64,000 nt of DNA from Eledone cirrhosa (Eukaryota): contig OZ024751.1 in NCBI GenBank assembly GCA_964016885.1, positions 23,746,001 through 23,810,000 of the forward strand, given 5' to 3'. Numbering within the stretch: position 1 is the stretch's first letter; every line of letters starts with the position of its first letter. Made by a program: the position numbers and the translations under genes. The notes beneath the pieces were generated by a model. That model was given only the letters and a program-made list of their open reading frames with translations, was not told where the DNA came from and searched no databases. This document shows positions 12,200 to 25,237 of the stretch, in pieces.

Positions 12200-14653
12200 A
12201 TAATAATAAATTTGAAGACTAAAATCCAAAGAGGGCTCGCTAAGGATAAATATATATCAAATATATGAGAACCGTAGAGCAAATATTTATTAAAATAACA
12301 GATTAAAGTTTAAGCAAAGAATCGCTGCTTTCACCCTTAACGGGATCTTCTGAAACTAACAAAGTCAATATGTAAACGCAGAAGTGGATATTTCAAAAAA
12401 CGTTGCAACCGGAGGAAGACAGGAAGACGATACTTTGGTTCGTGGAAACGTTCCGTATGCAAATAAGTAATGGTATAAACAAAACATATACTTAGCTACA
12501 ACATCAAGACGTAAAATATCCACTTATAGATCGTACTATCCGTTAGGGTATAACGTGGGGCTGTAATACAGGAAAGTTTTGTGCAATTTATGTTTACAAG
12601 CCGAAATTGCCTCAGATTTTTTGTTTAAGATGTGGTCTGTGGCGTAGAGTATTTCCAGGGCCTCAGCGGCGCAGAGGTCACATGGTCTTTTATTTCCGTT
12701 ATACGATCTAGGCCTAGCTAGGATCTCCCAGTGTAACTTATATTGGGTGTGGCTGTCTTTTAGACTCCAGATATAAGCTTAAAGTGACGTCATATTCCTT
12801 CTTAGAGGGTAACGAAAAGAATGGGTATGCATGTAATGGGTATGCATGTAATGACGCTGCTTAAATCTATTGGCGGTTAACCCTATGTAGGCCCTACGGG
12901 ACGTGGGTGTTTCAACCTTACATTTATAGACAACGTTACTAGAGAGGCATTTCCCGGATATGGGGCAATCAACCCGATTCCTACAATTAAAGTTAGTACT
13001 AACTACAGGGGTGCACGTGTTCCTACGGCTAGGTAGTTTAGCTAAATTTGAAGCGGTGATGTTATGTGCAAGGTTAGGAGTCGTAGAGTAAGAAATTTTA
13101 ATAGTATTTCTATTAAAAATTTTACTATATTTATGTGTAGGGGGAAAATGCTTCGTAATAAGGGAAAGAAAGATCTTAGCTAATGGTGTGGCCACCTCCA
13201 TATTATATGGTGGGTTATACCAACAAATGCGATGGGATCTATTTCTTCTAGGTCTATTTTCGTACTCTGTATATGCTACCTTATCGACAAATCCACTCCG
13301 AGCAAGAGCTTCATTGTAATAAGTGGAATGGTCTTTGAAAATATGCTCGTTAGTAGATAGACGGGAAAGCCTCAACGAAACGTTTCTTACCAGGTTCTTG
13401 GTTATGCTGGCAGGATGGTTGGAATGCTTACTTAAATAATTAAGCGTATCATTCGGCTTTCTATACGGGTAATACAACCCATTCAATAAATTGAGGGTAA
13501 CGTCGAGGTAATTAACGACCGAGAGATTGGCCTCAACCTGTATAGAGATGTTGAAGCCTTTAAAGAAGGCTGTGAGTTATTTTCTGAACCTGTCGCAAGC
13601 ACGAGGTCCGCACTTAGTCATGGTCAAAAGACCATCATCACGGTACAAACCACCGCCCGCGTTGGGGAATTCGTCCTTGATAGAGAAAAGAAGGAAAAGG
13701 CCGATAAGATCAGTAACCTCCGCAGAATCGCTGGCGCCCATACTCACGTCGAATTGGGTACTATTGGATTTATTAATCCAATTAGAGTCGTCGAAATTAA
13801 TCACCGACTTACGGGCATTAAGGATGACATCAACTTCGAAATCCTTAACCACTGTGAGTGTTTTAGCGAAATTGATGCCTCTAAGGAGAAGTGGTAAAGT
13901 TATGGAGGATTAGTAATTGTTGATGTCGAATTGGATAAAACGGCAATGTTCCTTGTTACATATGCCGTTGAACCAATCAATCACCGCGAAATAATTGTTC
14001 CACAGTGCAAGAGGGGCCAAACTTCTAATTTCAGGTATAATTCTATCAAGAATCGTTTTACTAAGTCTACCTAAATCGGACTTCGTAGGGTTAATAAGCC
14101 GAATAGAGGGGTTGTTCGGAAAATTGGATTTGTGATCCTTCAGGGTAAAGTGGGGAGAAATATCTGGAGTCTAAATATCTGGAGTCTAAAAGACAACCAC
14201 ACCCAATATAATTTACACTGGGAGATCCTAGCTAGGCCTAGATAGTATAACGGAAATAAAAGACCATGTGACCTCTGCGCCGCTGAGGCCCTGGAAATAC
14301 TCTACGCCACAGACCACATCTTAAACAAAAAATCTGAGGCAATTTCGGCTTGTAAACATAAATTGCACAAAACTTTCCTGTATTACAGCCCCACGTTATA
14401 CCCTAACGGATAGTACGATCTATAAGTGGATATTTTACGTCTTGATGTGGTAGCTAAGTATATGTTTTGTTTATACCATTACTTATTTGCATAGGGAACG
14501 TTTCCACGAACCAAAGTATCGTCTTCCTGTCTTCCTCCGGTTGTAACGTTTTTTGAAATATTCACTTCTGCGTTTACATATTGACTTTGTTAGTTTCAGA
14601 AGATCCCGTTAAGGGTGAAAGTAGCGATTCTTTGCTTACACTTTAATCTATTA

Positions 14654-14661
<8 letters not shown>
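12196..14661 (-). mobile_element. 5'-truncated Penelope-like retroelement (RT + GIY-YIG remnant) with an inverted pseudo-LTR
   Basis: Minus-strand RT motifs FDVSMGASDSAEVTDLIG and GLYRDDGL; YYPYRKPN...SNHP and WYNPPYN; GIY-YIG NVVYKC...AYIGLT. Contains stops and frameshifts. About 485-bp inverted arms at 12288-12774 and 14176-14661, with (TA)n on both sides. Confidence 0.92.
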
Positions 14662-14695
<34 letters not shown>

Positions 14696-14862
14696 CATAT
14701 ATATATATACATACATACATAAATATGTGTGTTTGTGTGTGTGTATGTGTAGAATGTATATACATGTATGTTTATATGTATGTATATTGAAAACTAGTGG
14801 CAACCAAAATAACAGAATGAAGACCAAAGGTGTTGTATGCTTTGTTCGATACTATAAAACAA

Positions 14863-14903
14863 CTTTTTCGACATTTCGGAGAAGGATCCTCTTCAGAAAG
14901 TAG
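14863..14903 (-). ncRNA. Possible minimal hammerhead motif
   Basis: Minus strand reads cttt CTGAAGA gga(tccttc)tcc GAAA tg TC gaaa. Stem I is weak. Confidence 0.4.
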
Positions 14904-15430
14904 AGAGAATAAATGAAAAACAGTGAAAAGATTAGAAGAAAAATAATGTAAAACGACGGAGTCATTTATTTGTATTTAGTACTTTACATGGAGAATGAAT
15001 GGATATACATCTGTGTATCTGTATGTGTGTTTATGTGTATATATGTGTAAGTGTATATGTATGTAAACATGTGTTGTGTGTGTGTCTGTGGTATCGTTGC
15101 TGTTCTTTGGTATGTAATTTCATTAATGTAATATTTTTTCATATTGCTGTTGTTGTTGTTGTTTTTGTTATTGTTGCTACTATTGTATAACTGTGTGTGT
15201 TTCAATTCCTAGTACATGATGTCAAACTTTCATAATGTTTGTTTTGTTGTTGAATATTTAACATTTGATACCTCTAGATCAAAACCAATCAATGGTTTCT
15301 TCCTCATTGCTAATCGATCCTGTTAGTTTAAACATACATTGTTTACTGTCAATTAACTTCTCGATTTACACTTAAGAAAATCAATATCTCTGTTATGAGT
15401 ATATTGTCACTTGATTAACTCAATGGAAAA

Positions 15431-15633
15431 TACGAAGTCGGCAGAAAGCTTCATAGGCTGACCAAGAAACTCTCGTGGAATAAGCAAATGGGGTTTATTT
15501 TTCAACATAGTCCCCGGAACAATAATGCAGATATTAATAAGAAGAGTTGAAATTAATACATGCAAGATTTTACAGCTCTAGCATAGTAAACTCCTTCATA
15601 GTCAGCCTATAAACGTTTCTGTCGAACATCGTA
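15431..15633. mobile_element. Mariner-derived MITE
   Basis: Imperfect TIRs (tacgaagtcggcagaaagcttcataggctgac / gtcagcctataaacgtttctgtcgaacatcgta). Second copy at 26753-26954. Confidence 0.7.
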
Positions 15634-15947
15634 GAGTGGTCTGATATACGTCTTTTATTAACAATTCGATATTTTCTGTATTTTTTCATACATCGTGTGT
15701 GACACCTAGACACATAATCAATGATGCTATAGACAATCGTCAACTATTTCGGGTGTTTTAACGTCAGGCACCATTACCCAAATGGCTTAGTTGCGACCGA
15801 TTAGGAAGTCCCACATTGTAAGATGACAGCACTACACCATGCATCAGCATCCCTTCCATTTTCACGTCTTTTCATTATACACAGCCATCTGAAATCACCT
15901 TTCGTTGGAGTCACGATTTACTTGATGACCTCTCGCCCACTGGCTTC

Positions 15948-16372
15948 TATGTGACACCCAACACAACTTAGGCTATGCTGTTGGACCGGCTTGCAAAAAA
16001 TTTGCATCCCAACTCATTTAGCCCCCCCCCCCCCCTATGTGACCCACAGCACAACGTTGGCTATGCTGTTGGACCGGCTTCCAAAAATCTGCATCCTAAC
16101 TCATTTAGCCCCCCCCCCCTATGTGACCCCGAACACAACGTAGGGTATGCTGTTGGACCGGCGGCTTGCAAAAAATCTGCATCCTAACTCATTTATCCCC
16201 CCCCCCTATCTGACCCACAGCACAACGTAGGCTATGCTGTTGGACCGGCCTGCAAAAAATCCGCATCCTAACTCATTTAGCTCCCCCCCTATGTGACCCA
16301 CAGCACAACGTAGGCTATGCTGTTCGACCGGCCTGCAAAAAATCTGCATCCTAACTCATTTAGCTCACCCCT
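15948..16372. repeat. GC-richer minisatellite, unit about 80-87 bp, about 5 copies
   Basis: Unit atgtgacccacagcacaacgtaggctatgctgttggaccggcctgcaaaaaatctgcatcctaactcatttag(c)n with variable poly-C. Confidence 0.9.
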
Positions 16373-17869
16373 CGCTCCTTATCCAACATTTGCACCAGCT
16401 CCATATACTTCTACATTTATAACAACCCAGTCAATTAACATAAATAAATTCTTTACCGACTAAATTCAACGGAATGTGTACAAAGTGAATTAAATGTAAG
16501 ACTAAACTGTTCATAAATACTATTTTGATATATAGCATTTGTAATGATAACATGAAAAAGGGTATGATTATTCATTAATTTGTTAAACTGGCAATATCTC
16601 ACAATGAGAGGAATAGAGAAGGATGGGCTCCGCAATGTTTAAAATTACCAAGAAACGCCGTAGGTCAATACGGTGACCTGAAAATTTCATCAAGAGTTAC
16701 AGGAGCATATGATACCATTCCACAATGAAACATCCTAGCATATTTTGACAGTATTGAGTTCATTCTATATGATAGTTGCGATTCCATTTCTGTTGCACGG
16801 TCACACATGTTAAAAATGCTGTATGATATTTTCAAGAAGACCACGAATAATATATTTTAATAAATAGAATTAGCACACCATATCTTCTAATTATTTTGCA
16901 GAAGAGAACTGGTAAACAGGTTTGTTAATTCAAATGTTTATAGTATCTTTACTAGTGGATATATCGTGGTAATAATTTGCTGTATTAGAGTAAATATATT
17001 AATTTGTAATCTTTTGTGGTCATAGGACAGTTTTGTCTTAATCACAAATGACTGACTGGTGTGATTTTCTGCTATACAGGTTGTTAAGTGTTAATAAGTG
17101 CATATTACAGAAATAAACGAACAAGAATGAATTTTAACAAGCTCATCTGAGCCAAACTAAAGAACTATTCTCACGAATCATTATAAATTTAATTTTTACT
17201 TAATAAATTATACATATACAGTTACTCACAACAATGACATTAATAAATGATATATATATATGGAAGAAATTGTCATATGCAGAAACTGTCATGGAAGTGA
17301 ATAGGGTATATACACAATTAGTAGCAAGCTACAATCAAGCACAGCTGCAATTATTACACCATACTGACTATAGAAACACAATATAAATGTACTGACTTGG
17401 TCTATGTAAATTATGTATACTTTCTGATTTCCATAACAACAAAAGTATTTTTATATTTATATATCGTTAAAAGTACATAGTACTGAAGCGGGCGAACTGA
17501 CAAAGTTTTAATAACTTCGACTCACTCCTCGTTGAGTTTAACTCCCGTCAAGGCCAATTTTGCCATTCATCTATATGAGATCGATCAAAAAAGTACCAGT
17601 CTAGTACCGGGGTCGATACATCCTTTATATCTCTCACCCATTCTCTCACTCTCTCTATCCTTCTATGGAAGAAATCCGCTGTATTCAGACCTAGAGGAGA
17701 GATGGGCTCCGCCAGGTTTTAGAATGCTCTAGAAACGCCGTATGTCAATACGATGCGCCCACGAATCCCTCAAAAGTTACGAGTTCATACATACATGATG
17801 GCTGAAAACTCTGCTAAGATTATTGCAATCGCTTGTCAGAGTTCGGTGCACCTTTAGGCTACGGCCAGC

Positions 17870-18296
17870 CACACGAACATCCCGAACAAGCAATGCCTTT
17901 GCTTTGAAGGTTTTTAAGCGAGAAAGGCCTTGCACTCGACCAATCCCACTCTCTGAGCATCGAAAACACTAGCCAAAAAGGAGAACTGTTCAACATCATC
18001 GGATGCTTCTGAAGCCGCAGGTTTTTATTCAGAGTTTCCTTCTCCTAGAAAGGTGTTGTGACAACAACAGGTGAAAAAACAAAACAAAAAAAAACTGCTA
18101 TTTGGATGACAGTTGATTCTGCTGAGTTCCTTCGCTCTCTTGCCGAGTCTTGTATTTCATCCCTCAGGGTGTCCAAATATCACGCCCTCACCAAGCAAGC
18201 TTGGTGAGATTGCCGGTTAAGTCGCTGACAAACCGACCATGAGACAGGTTGTACTGGGTTACATGTCACCAGTAGCACTCGAGAGCGACATGACAT
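17870..18296 (-). mobile_element. Family A (RTE-related) element, older copy
   Basis: Similar to 21795-22375 and 46110-46650 (cagggtgtccaaa...caccaag...cttggtg...gccggttaagtcgc...cgaccatgagacaggtt). Confidence 0.6.
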
Positions 18297-18351
18297 AACA
18301 TACATACAGACATACAGACATACATATTACTGCCACGAGGACACACCCGTA

Positions 18352-18537
18352 TATAATTGTTTCTACTTTTGGCACAAGGTCAGCAATTATCTCAGTGTAT
18401 TACTGGTACATTATTTTATCGAAACCGTAAGGATGAACATCAAAGTTAACCTCGGCGTGATTTGGACTAACATCATAAAGGGCCGTAACTCTTTGCTGCA
18501 AAGCATGGCGTCCGACCCTCTACCGATACTGCCAATA
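18352..18537 (-). mobile_element. tRNA-derived SINE
   Basis: Reverse complement of the 7901-8093 family. Confidence 0.8.
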
Positions 18538-19121
18538 TATAATGTAGCTATACGAGTTTCTCACACGGTTACTGAAGTATCTGTGATATGATAACATATT
18601 CAAATATTCAAACACAAGATCACAGATTTCTAAAGAAAAGAAATAACAACGAGTTAATATCGCCTTAAATTATTACTATGTCACTTTATACAATGTTGTC
18701 ATCAAGAAAGGTATATTTGTGCCAGTTATTATTACCCCCGCCTACTTCAATTAAATAGCATGGATTACATATTGATAGAGCGTAATATCAGATACATGTA
18801 ATATGATATTACATTTAAGTAATGAAGTGTTGATATTTCATTAGCGCTGAAAATAATATGAGAAATTTCAACACTAAATCTCCCTCTACAGTCTTTAAGA
18901 GCATGCTTCAACGCTTCACGTGTTAAGTGACATGGCGAAAGTAATATTCAAATTGAACAATTAAAGAAATATTCCCTTCTGCTCAGAATTGTCTAAATAT
19001 CTGTTGACGTGTTCATATAGTAGCTTACTCATTTTGATACCATATTTCTAATGAAAGATACGGCCTTTGTACTTCGAATATGTTTGAAACAAAATCAGGT
19101 GTTTAAAGAAATTTAGTAATA

Positions 19122-19280
19122 CAGTGAAATTCCGTTATAACGAAATTAACGGTGTATAAACGAGATCGACTGACACAAATCGAGCGTTTGTTTGTTATTA
19201 CCCCGGAGAACGAACGAAAACAAATTCGTTATACTGAAATACTAGTTATAATGGTATTCGTTATAACGGAATTTTATCTG
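19122..19280. mobile_element. pogo/Tigger-like MITE
   Basis: TIRs cagtgaaattccgttataacgaa / ttcgttataacggaattttatctg with TA flanks and internal repeats of the TIR motif. Confidence 0.75.
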
Positions 19281-20993
19281 TATAAGTCACCACCTCATTG
19301 CCGCTCTGGTGTTTGAAGTATAATAGCATAATTTAGCATAATTTGCCTTTGCAGTTTTGTCCAACTCTAGGCCTTGAGCCCATCACACTCTCTCCTTCTT
19401 CCCTTCCCTTTCTTCTGTGGCCGAAGAATCCTTGCCTTTTCCCTCCTTTTCCTAAATTTTGCTTTTATCCTAGAAATATATTTGAGTATTTTATGTAAAT
19501 AAAATGTTTGATTTAGCAAAAGTAAATATAAAAAGTAAATAAAAATAAATAAAAAAGTAAATAAATAAAAAGTAAATAAAAATAAATATAAAAAGTTTAA
19601 AATCATAAATATAAATATAGTTTCTGAGAGTTCTTTCGTCACACACATGTGGCATCACCAGTGATGTTTCTATGATTCATCCCGTTGTTCCCAAATATAA
19701 CAATATCTGTTTCAACACACAATTTCATATAAAAAACATTGCAAAACAAATCCATCATTATCTATGAAAACGATTTTGCTGAAAAGACAATGTTTGGTGA
19801 GATGCAATTAATAATAAGAACTACAATAATTAGTTTAATAATAATTTTTGAGTAAATCTTTTACAATGGCTCATTAATTAATTCATGATTTATTAGACAT
19901 ACGGTCATGAAAGTGTTAAGAGCAATAGAAAGTGTTATATAAACACAGCTTATGTAAATGTATTAAACCATAAATGTATATTCTGTGCTAAATGGACTGA
20001 AATAATAGCCGATAAAATCTGATTATTGACAATACAGAATCTTGAATGACCGAAACATTGATTGTTCATGATCGTATATTTTCTCTTAACGCCTAACGTT
20101 CAGTATCTACGCATGATTACTTTTATATGTCAATAATTATGTATATTCATTAGTACATCACTTATCAATTTACTTAGAACATTAGACAGATTGGACAGTA
20201 AATGGTTTATTTAGTTTTGCTTCTTTCTAAATAATGGTTCTGATTACACCATTATTTTGTATTTCGTTCTCGCCATCAACGTCTGACGTGCGTTATAACA
20301 TAAACAATACACAGCATTAGTTCGGTAATGGTTATTATCATATATCTTATTGTAGTATCAGTATTTTGCAATCTGTGTTCATTAAGTCAAATGTTTAGTT
20401 TCAGAGGTAAGTTCTCACAATTTCTTTCTAGATTCTCTCTGGGATAAATTATTTTTGTTTCATATTGTATTGCTTGATAATTATTCACTTACTACCGTAA
20501 TCTGTTGTGTTCTGTGAATAAAACATAAATAGAGAAAATGTATTGACATCAACTCTACTGCCGCCTGAAATATATACATACTTACATACAAACAAACACA
20601 CACACACACACATATATATGTATATATATATATACACACATACATATATATATATATATACATATGCATGTAGGAGGTGAGTTTTATTGTAGTACAATAA
20701 AGCAATGCAGATATCGGATAAGAAGTACTCTAATTAATTTATGCAGTATCTTCCAACGGTTTTCAACCTCTCTATGTAAAAAAAATATATCTCCTCTCAG
20801 TTATAAAAACTATCTCTTTCTCTCTATCACCCATCTCTCCCTCTCATCTCCTTCCCTTTTCATCCTTTCCTCCCCCCCTCTCTAAATAAAATATTTTTCC
20901 CAATATCACACATCAATCTAAAACCACTTTTCATATGTTGATTTAAAACTGCACTATCCACAAGTGTTTTTTAGCCTTCATATCATGTTCTCC

Positions 20994-21064
20994 TGTTTTA
21001 TCTGATGAAAACACAAATATTATTGCTTGATGATGTTTGTTTTTGAAATGCGCATAATAAAATA
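20994..21064 (+). ncRNA. Minimal type I hammerhead ribozyme motif (AAUAAA-overlap family)
   Basis: tgttttat CTGATGA aaacacaaatattat(tgcttg)atgatgtttgttttt GAAA tgcgca TA ataaaata. Stem I is 8 bp, stem II is long, and stem III is the perfect palindrome atgcgcat. Confidence 0.72.
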
Positions 21065-21110
21065 TATGGAACTCCTTTAACCATCTTTTGATCTTATATT
21101 ATACATATGC

Positions 21111-21143
<33 letters not shown>

Positions 21144-21381
21144 TACATATATATATATGCATATACATCCATACATATATATATATGTATTTTCATACAT
21201 ATATAAATATATACATACATACATAGATATATACATGCATATATATATATATACATACATGCTTATATATATATATACAGACATACCTACCTACATACAT
21301 ACGTACATATATATACATACATACATATATATATCTATCATACATACATACATATACATACATATATATATACATACATAC

Positions 21382-21414
<33 letters not shown>

Positions 21415-21415
21415 G

Positions 21416-21482
<67 letters not shown>

Positions 21483-21485
<3 letters not shown>

Positions 21486-21725
21486 ATAATAATAAAATTG
21501 AAGACTAGAATCCAAAGAGGGCTCGATAAGGATAAATATATATCAAATATATAAGAACCCTACAGCAAATATTTATTAAAATAACAGATTAAAGTTTAAG
21601 CAAAGAATCGGTGCGGTGCTTTCACCCATAACGGGATCTTCTGAAACTCTAATTTCAGAAGATCCCGTTAAGAGTGAAAGCACCGATTCTTTGCTTAAAC
21701 TTTAATCTGTTATTTTAATAAATAT
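21483..21725. mobile_element. Solo Penelope pseudo-LTR (same family as 12196-12360) with fold-back hairpin
   Basis: 21483-21646 matches 12196-12356. 21653-21725 is the reverse complement of about 21568-21646. Confidence 0.85.
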
Positions 21726-21741
21726 GTATATATATATACAT

Positions 21742-21794
<53 letters not shown>

Positions 21795-21797
<3 letters not shown>

Positions 21798-22375
21798 TGG
21801 CTGCCAACTCGTTTTCGAGTACGGCCACTACTTTATATCCATGTAGGAGAACCCCTACCGATGCGCTAAACAAGTGTGACTTTTAGTCCAGCCAGCGACT
21901 TGAAAACTCTGGTACAAACACTACACCTGTGACAATTATTGACACATAGTGTTGGGCCTTTGGTACCATGTGACGACAAGTGTAGAGAGATCTCCAGATA
22001 TAAAGCAATGCCTGTGCCGTGAAGCTTTTATAGTGAGCAAAGGCACTGCACAAAGCCAGTCCCACTCTCTTAACCAAGATGATATTTACCAAAAAGAAGA
22101 ATAAGTCAACATCATTGGATACCATCAGGGTTGCAGGTGTTATATCAGAGTTTTCCTTCTCTTAGAATTCTGCCTTGACAAAGGCTAAGGGGTCATCTCT
22201 CCCGGTGATTTTGGATGGCCATTGGCTCTTAAGAGCTCCTTTGCCAGGTTTTGTTTTTAGTCCTGCAGGATGTCCAAAGTCACCCTCCTCACCAAGAAAC
22301 CTTGGTGGGGTTGCCAGTTTAGTCGCCAACGACCCGACCATGGGACAGGTCACCAGTTGGTGCTACTGGTAACAT
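21795..22375 (-). mobile_element. Family A (RTE-related) non-autonomous element
   Basis: Similar to 1010-1390 and 46110-46650. Bounded by (TA)n on both sides. Confidence 0.65.
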
Positions 22376-22423
22376 GTATATATATATATATATATATATA
22401 CATACATACACACATATATATAT

Positions 22424-22476
<53 letters not shown>

Positions 22477-23251
22477 GAGATAGATAGAAAGAGAAGGAGA
22501 ACCTGACGGAGAAACAAAGCATATATTGCTTCGGCATTGTTGATCAATATTTTCAATATACATCGACTGAAGATTCCAACGATACAAGATTTTCCGATTT
22601 TAATTCCTTTTGAAAGTGCTGCTAACATTCATGACACCAGGGAATTCCCGGCCTTTTTTCTACCACGCCATAAAAAGCTCCTTTTAGTCATTAGCTATGC
22701 AGTGTCCACATAGAACTGGGTGGAGTTTTAACTTCTCTAACATTGCATACAATATTTTGCATTACTACAAGCTGAAGTAGGCGTTCGTTGTTCCTAGTTT
22801 AAGATTTTGTTTTATATAACTGTGTTATATATATACCACTGCTAATATCCACGAAGGTTCATTTTCTGCTTCCCTCTGCAATTGGTGACTCACTAATCTA
22901 GTAATCTACTACCTTTCATCACGCTAATATAAATCCATTTGATCACAGCGGTTCTAACTAGAAACCCGTCTATCTCTTCACAGCATATATCAAACGTCAT
23001 ACAAATACTTGTCAGAACGTCAACCTTCTCACATAATTTCGATTCACTGCATATATTGATAATCTAAATAAAATTGGATTTAACAAACATATAATTACGT
23101 ATAGATTCTGAACGGTCATATTTGAAAGTCTGATTTCGAAATAAGGTCAGTATACGAATTACACATCTCGCTTTATATTTGTTTTATTTTCTCTAGTTTC
23201 CAAATATGTTATTGTGTGAGCTTAGTAAGATATTCTATACATATTTTAAAG

Positions 23252-23312
<61 letters not shown>

Positions 23313-23397
23313 TGTTGCTACAGCTTACACCTCCTCCAAGGTTGTATCTCATTGGAGGTTTCTTGGGTGTTTTAATTATAGGGACACCAATCCTATC

Positions 23398-23466
<69 letters not shown>

Positions 23467-23550
23467 GTATATATGTAAGTGTATATGTGTGTATGTGTTT
23501 TTAGCCCGGGTCGAATCGTTATAGTCCTGTAGAAGCCATTTCTATATTAA

Positions 23551-23671
<121 letters not shown>

Positions 23672-25237
23672 TATATATAAATATATATCTATGTATGTAT
23701 ATATGTATATATATATGTTTGTGTGTGCGTATGTATGTGTTTGTAAAACTCTTGTACTCAATACAATGTGTTGATCTCCTTACGATCACCCACGTTCTCA
23801 CGTATTAATCAGGTAAATACCGTGAGATCTCTAAGATGAATGTTTGATGTCAATTTTACGACTAGTTGTTAATTTCGCATTTCTTTTTCAGTTTCTGCAT
23901 GACATGTATTTCTAAACAGCATCCGTGATTTCCCTTTATCATTCTCCTGTAAAATGTTTCATTTCTAAGTAGTTATAACCGATATTATGGTTCGGTCAAG
24001 CTTCTGCATTCTGCTGGTGCCTTGTAACCCAGTAAAATATGTTTCATCGTTAGGTAGTTGGTGACTAAATCCTTTCCACAATCAAACCCCTGTCTGGTGA
24101 GGAGAGTAAACAGAACCTCCTCTCCAGCACGAAAATAACAAGAGCGGTTAAAATGGCGGATGACCTCCTCAGAGTCAACGGCCAACTATGGAATTTCGTC
24201 ATTGTCTTTAGTTGTGGTTACTGTTGTGTTATGATGTGTTTACAATCCTACAATCGTATTATTTCTATTCTAATTTACGGACATGACCAAGCTTTCTTTC
24301 ATCAGAGCGGCAGGGGGATGTCAAGTAACTATATCTTAGTACTTGACCGCTACGTTATTTATCGATCCTTGGAAGGTGAAGAGCAAAGTTGAGTTCAGCG
24401 AAATTTGAACTCAGAAAGTAAAAGCAGGAACAAATAAGGAAACGTATTCTCAATCCACCGTGCTTACTTACAGTCTGATATTAATATAAAGTGGCTTGCT
24501 TTTATACTGTATGATGCGTTTCAAAATTTCATTCATGTTTATTACTGATCCAACGAGTTTGTTTTTCAGGTTGCTGGTTCATCGCTTTTTTTTACTTACG
24601 ATGCTGACTACAGATCATTATCTGATGTAGACATAAGAATCGCAATCCATTCTTTAACAGGGATATCATCAACTTCACTGCAATAACGAAAGAGGAATTA
24701 AAACTTCGATATACGTTTGGAAATAAAATAGTCATTTGCAAAGAGAAAAAAAGAGAAAAAAATACTTGTGAAAAAGCAATATACCCAACAACAATAAACC
24801 AAGTACAAACTAGAATTCAATGGAATTATAAAAAAAATAAATATATTTGGGCGTATACAGCTGAATTATTCTATTCGGATGTATAATGACATTTACACTG
24901 TTAATATAGATCTTAATTGTTTCGTTCACGCGTTATTAGACATATTTTTCGATGAAAATATAAAGCCATCAAACACAGTTTGTTTCGATAATTTTCTCTT
25001 CAAATCCTCCATCTTAGCAAGAGTTCTATTCAGATATAAGTTCTTGTATCAATAACATCTCTTAAAAGCATTCGTGTAATACAAGAAAAAAGAAAAAAAG
25101 AATCATAAGAGGTTATTATACCTGTATACAAATTACAAAGAATTATAAATACATAACTGTTTTATATTTACAAAGAAACATTTATATGAACATAAGGAAT
25201 GAGCTCTAAGATTTAACCATCAGAAATATTTCAAGTC

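Noticed and set aside
12315-12356. Hammerhead-like CAGAAGA...GAAA in the Penelope pLTR (also 14596 and 21655), and CTGATGA at 40174, 47112 and 59778
   Set aside because: The core is non-canonical, or stems I/III cannot be formed. Not called as ribozymes.
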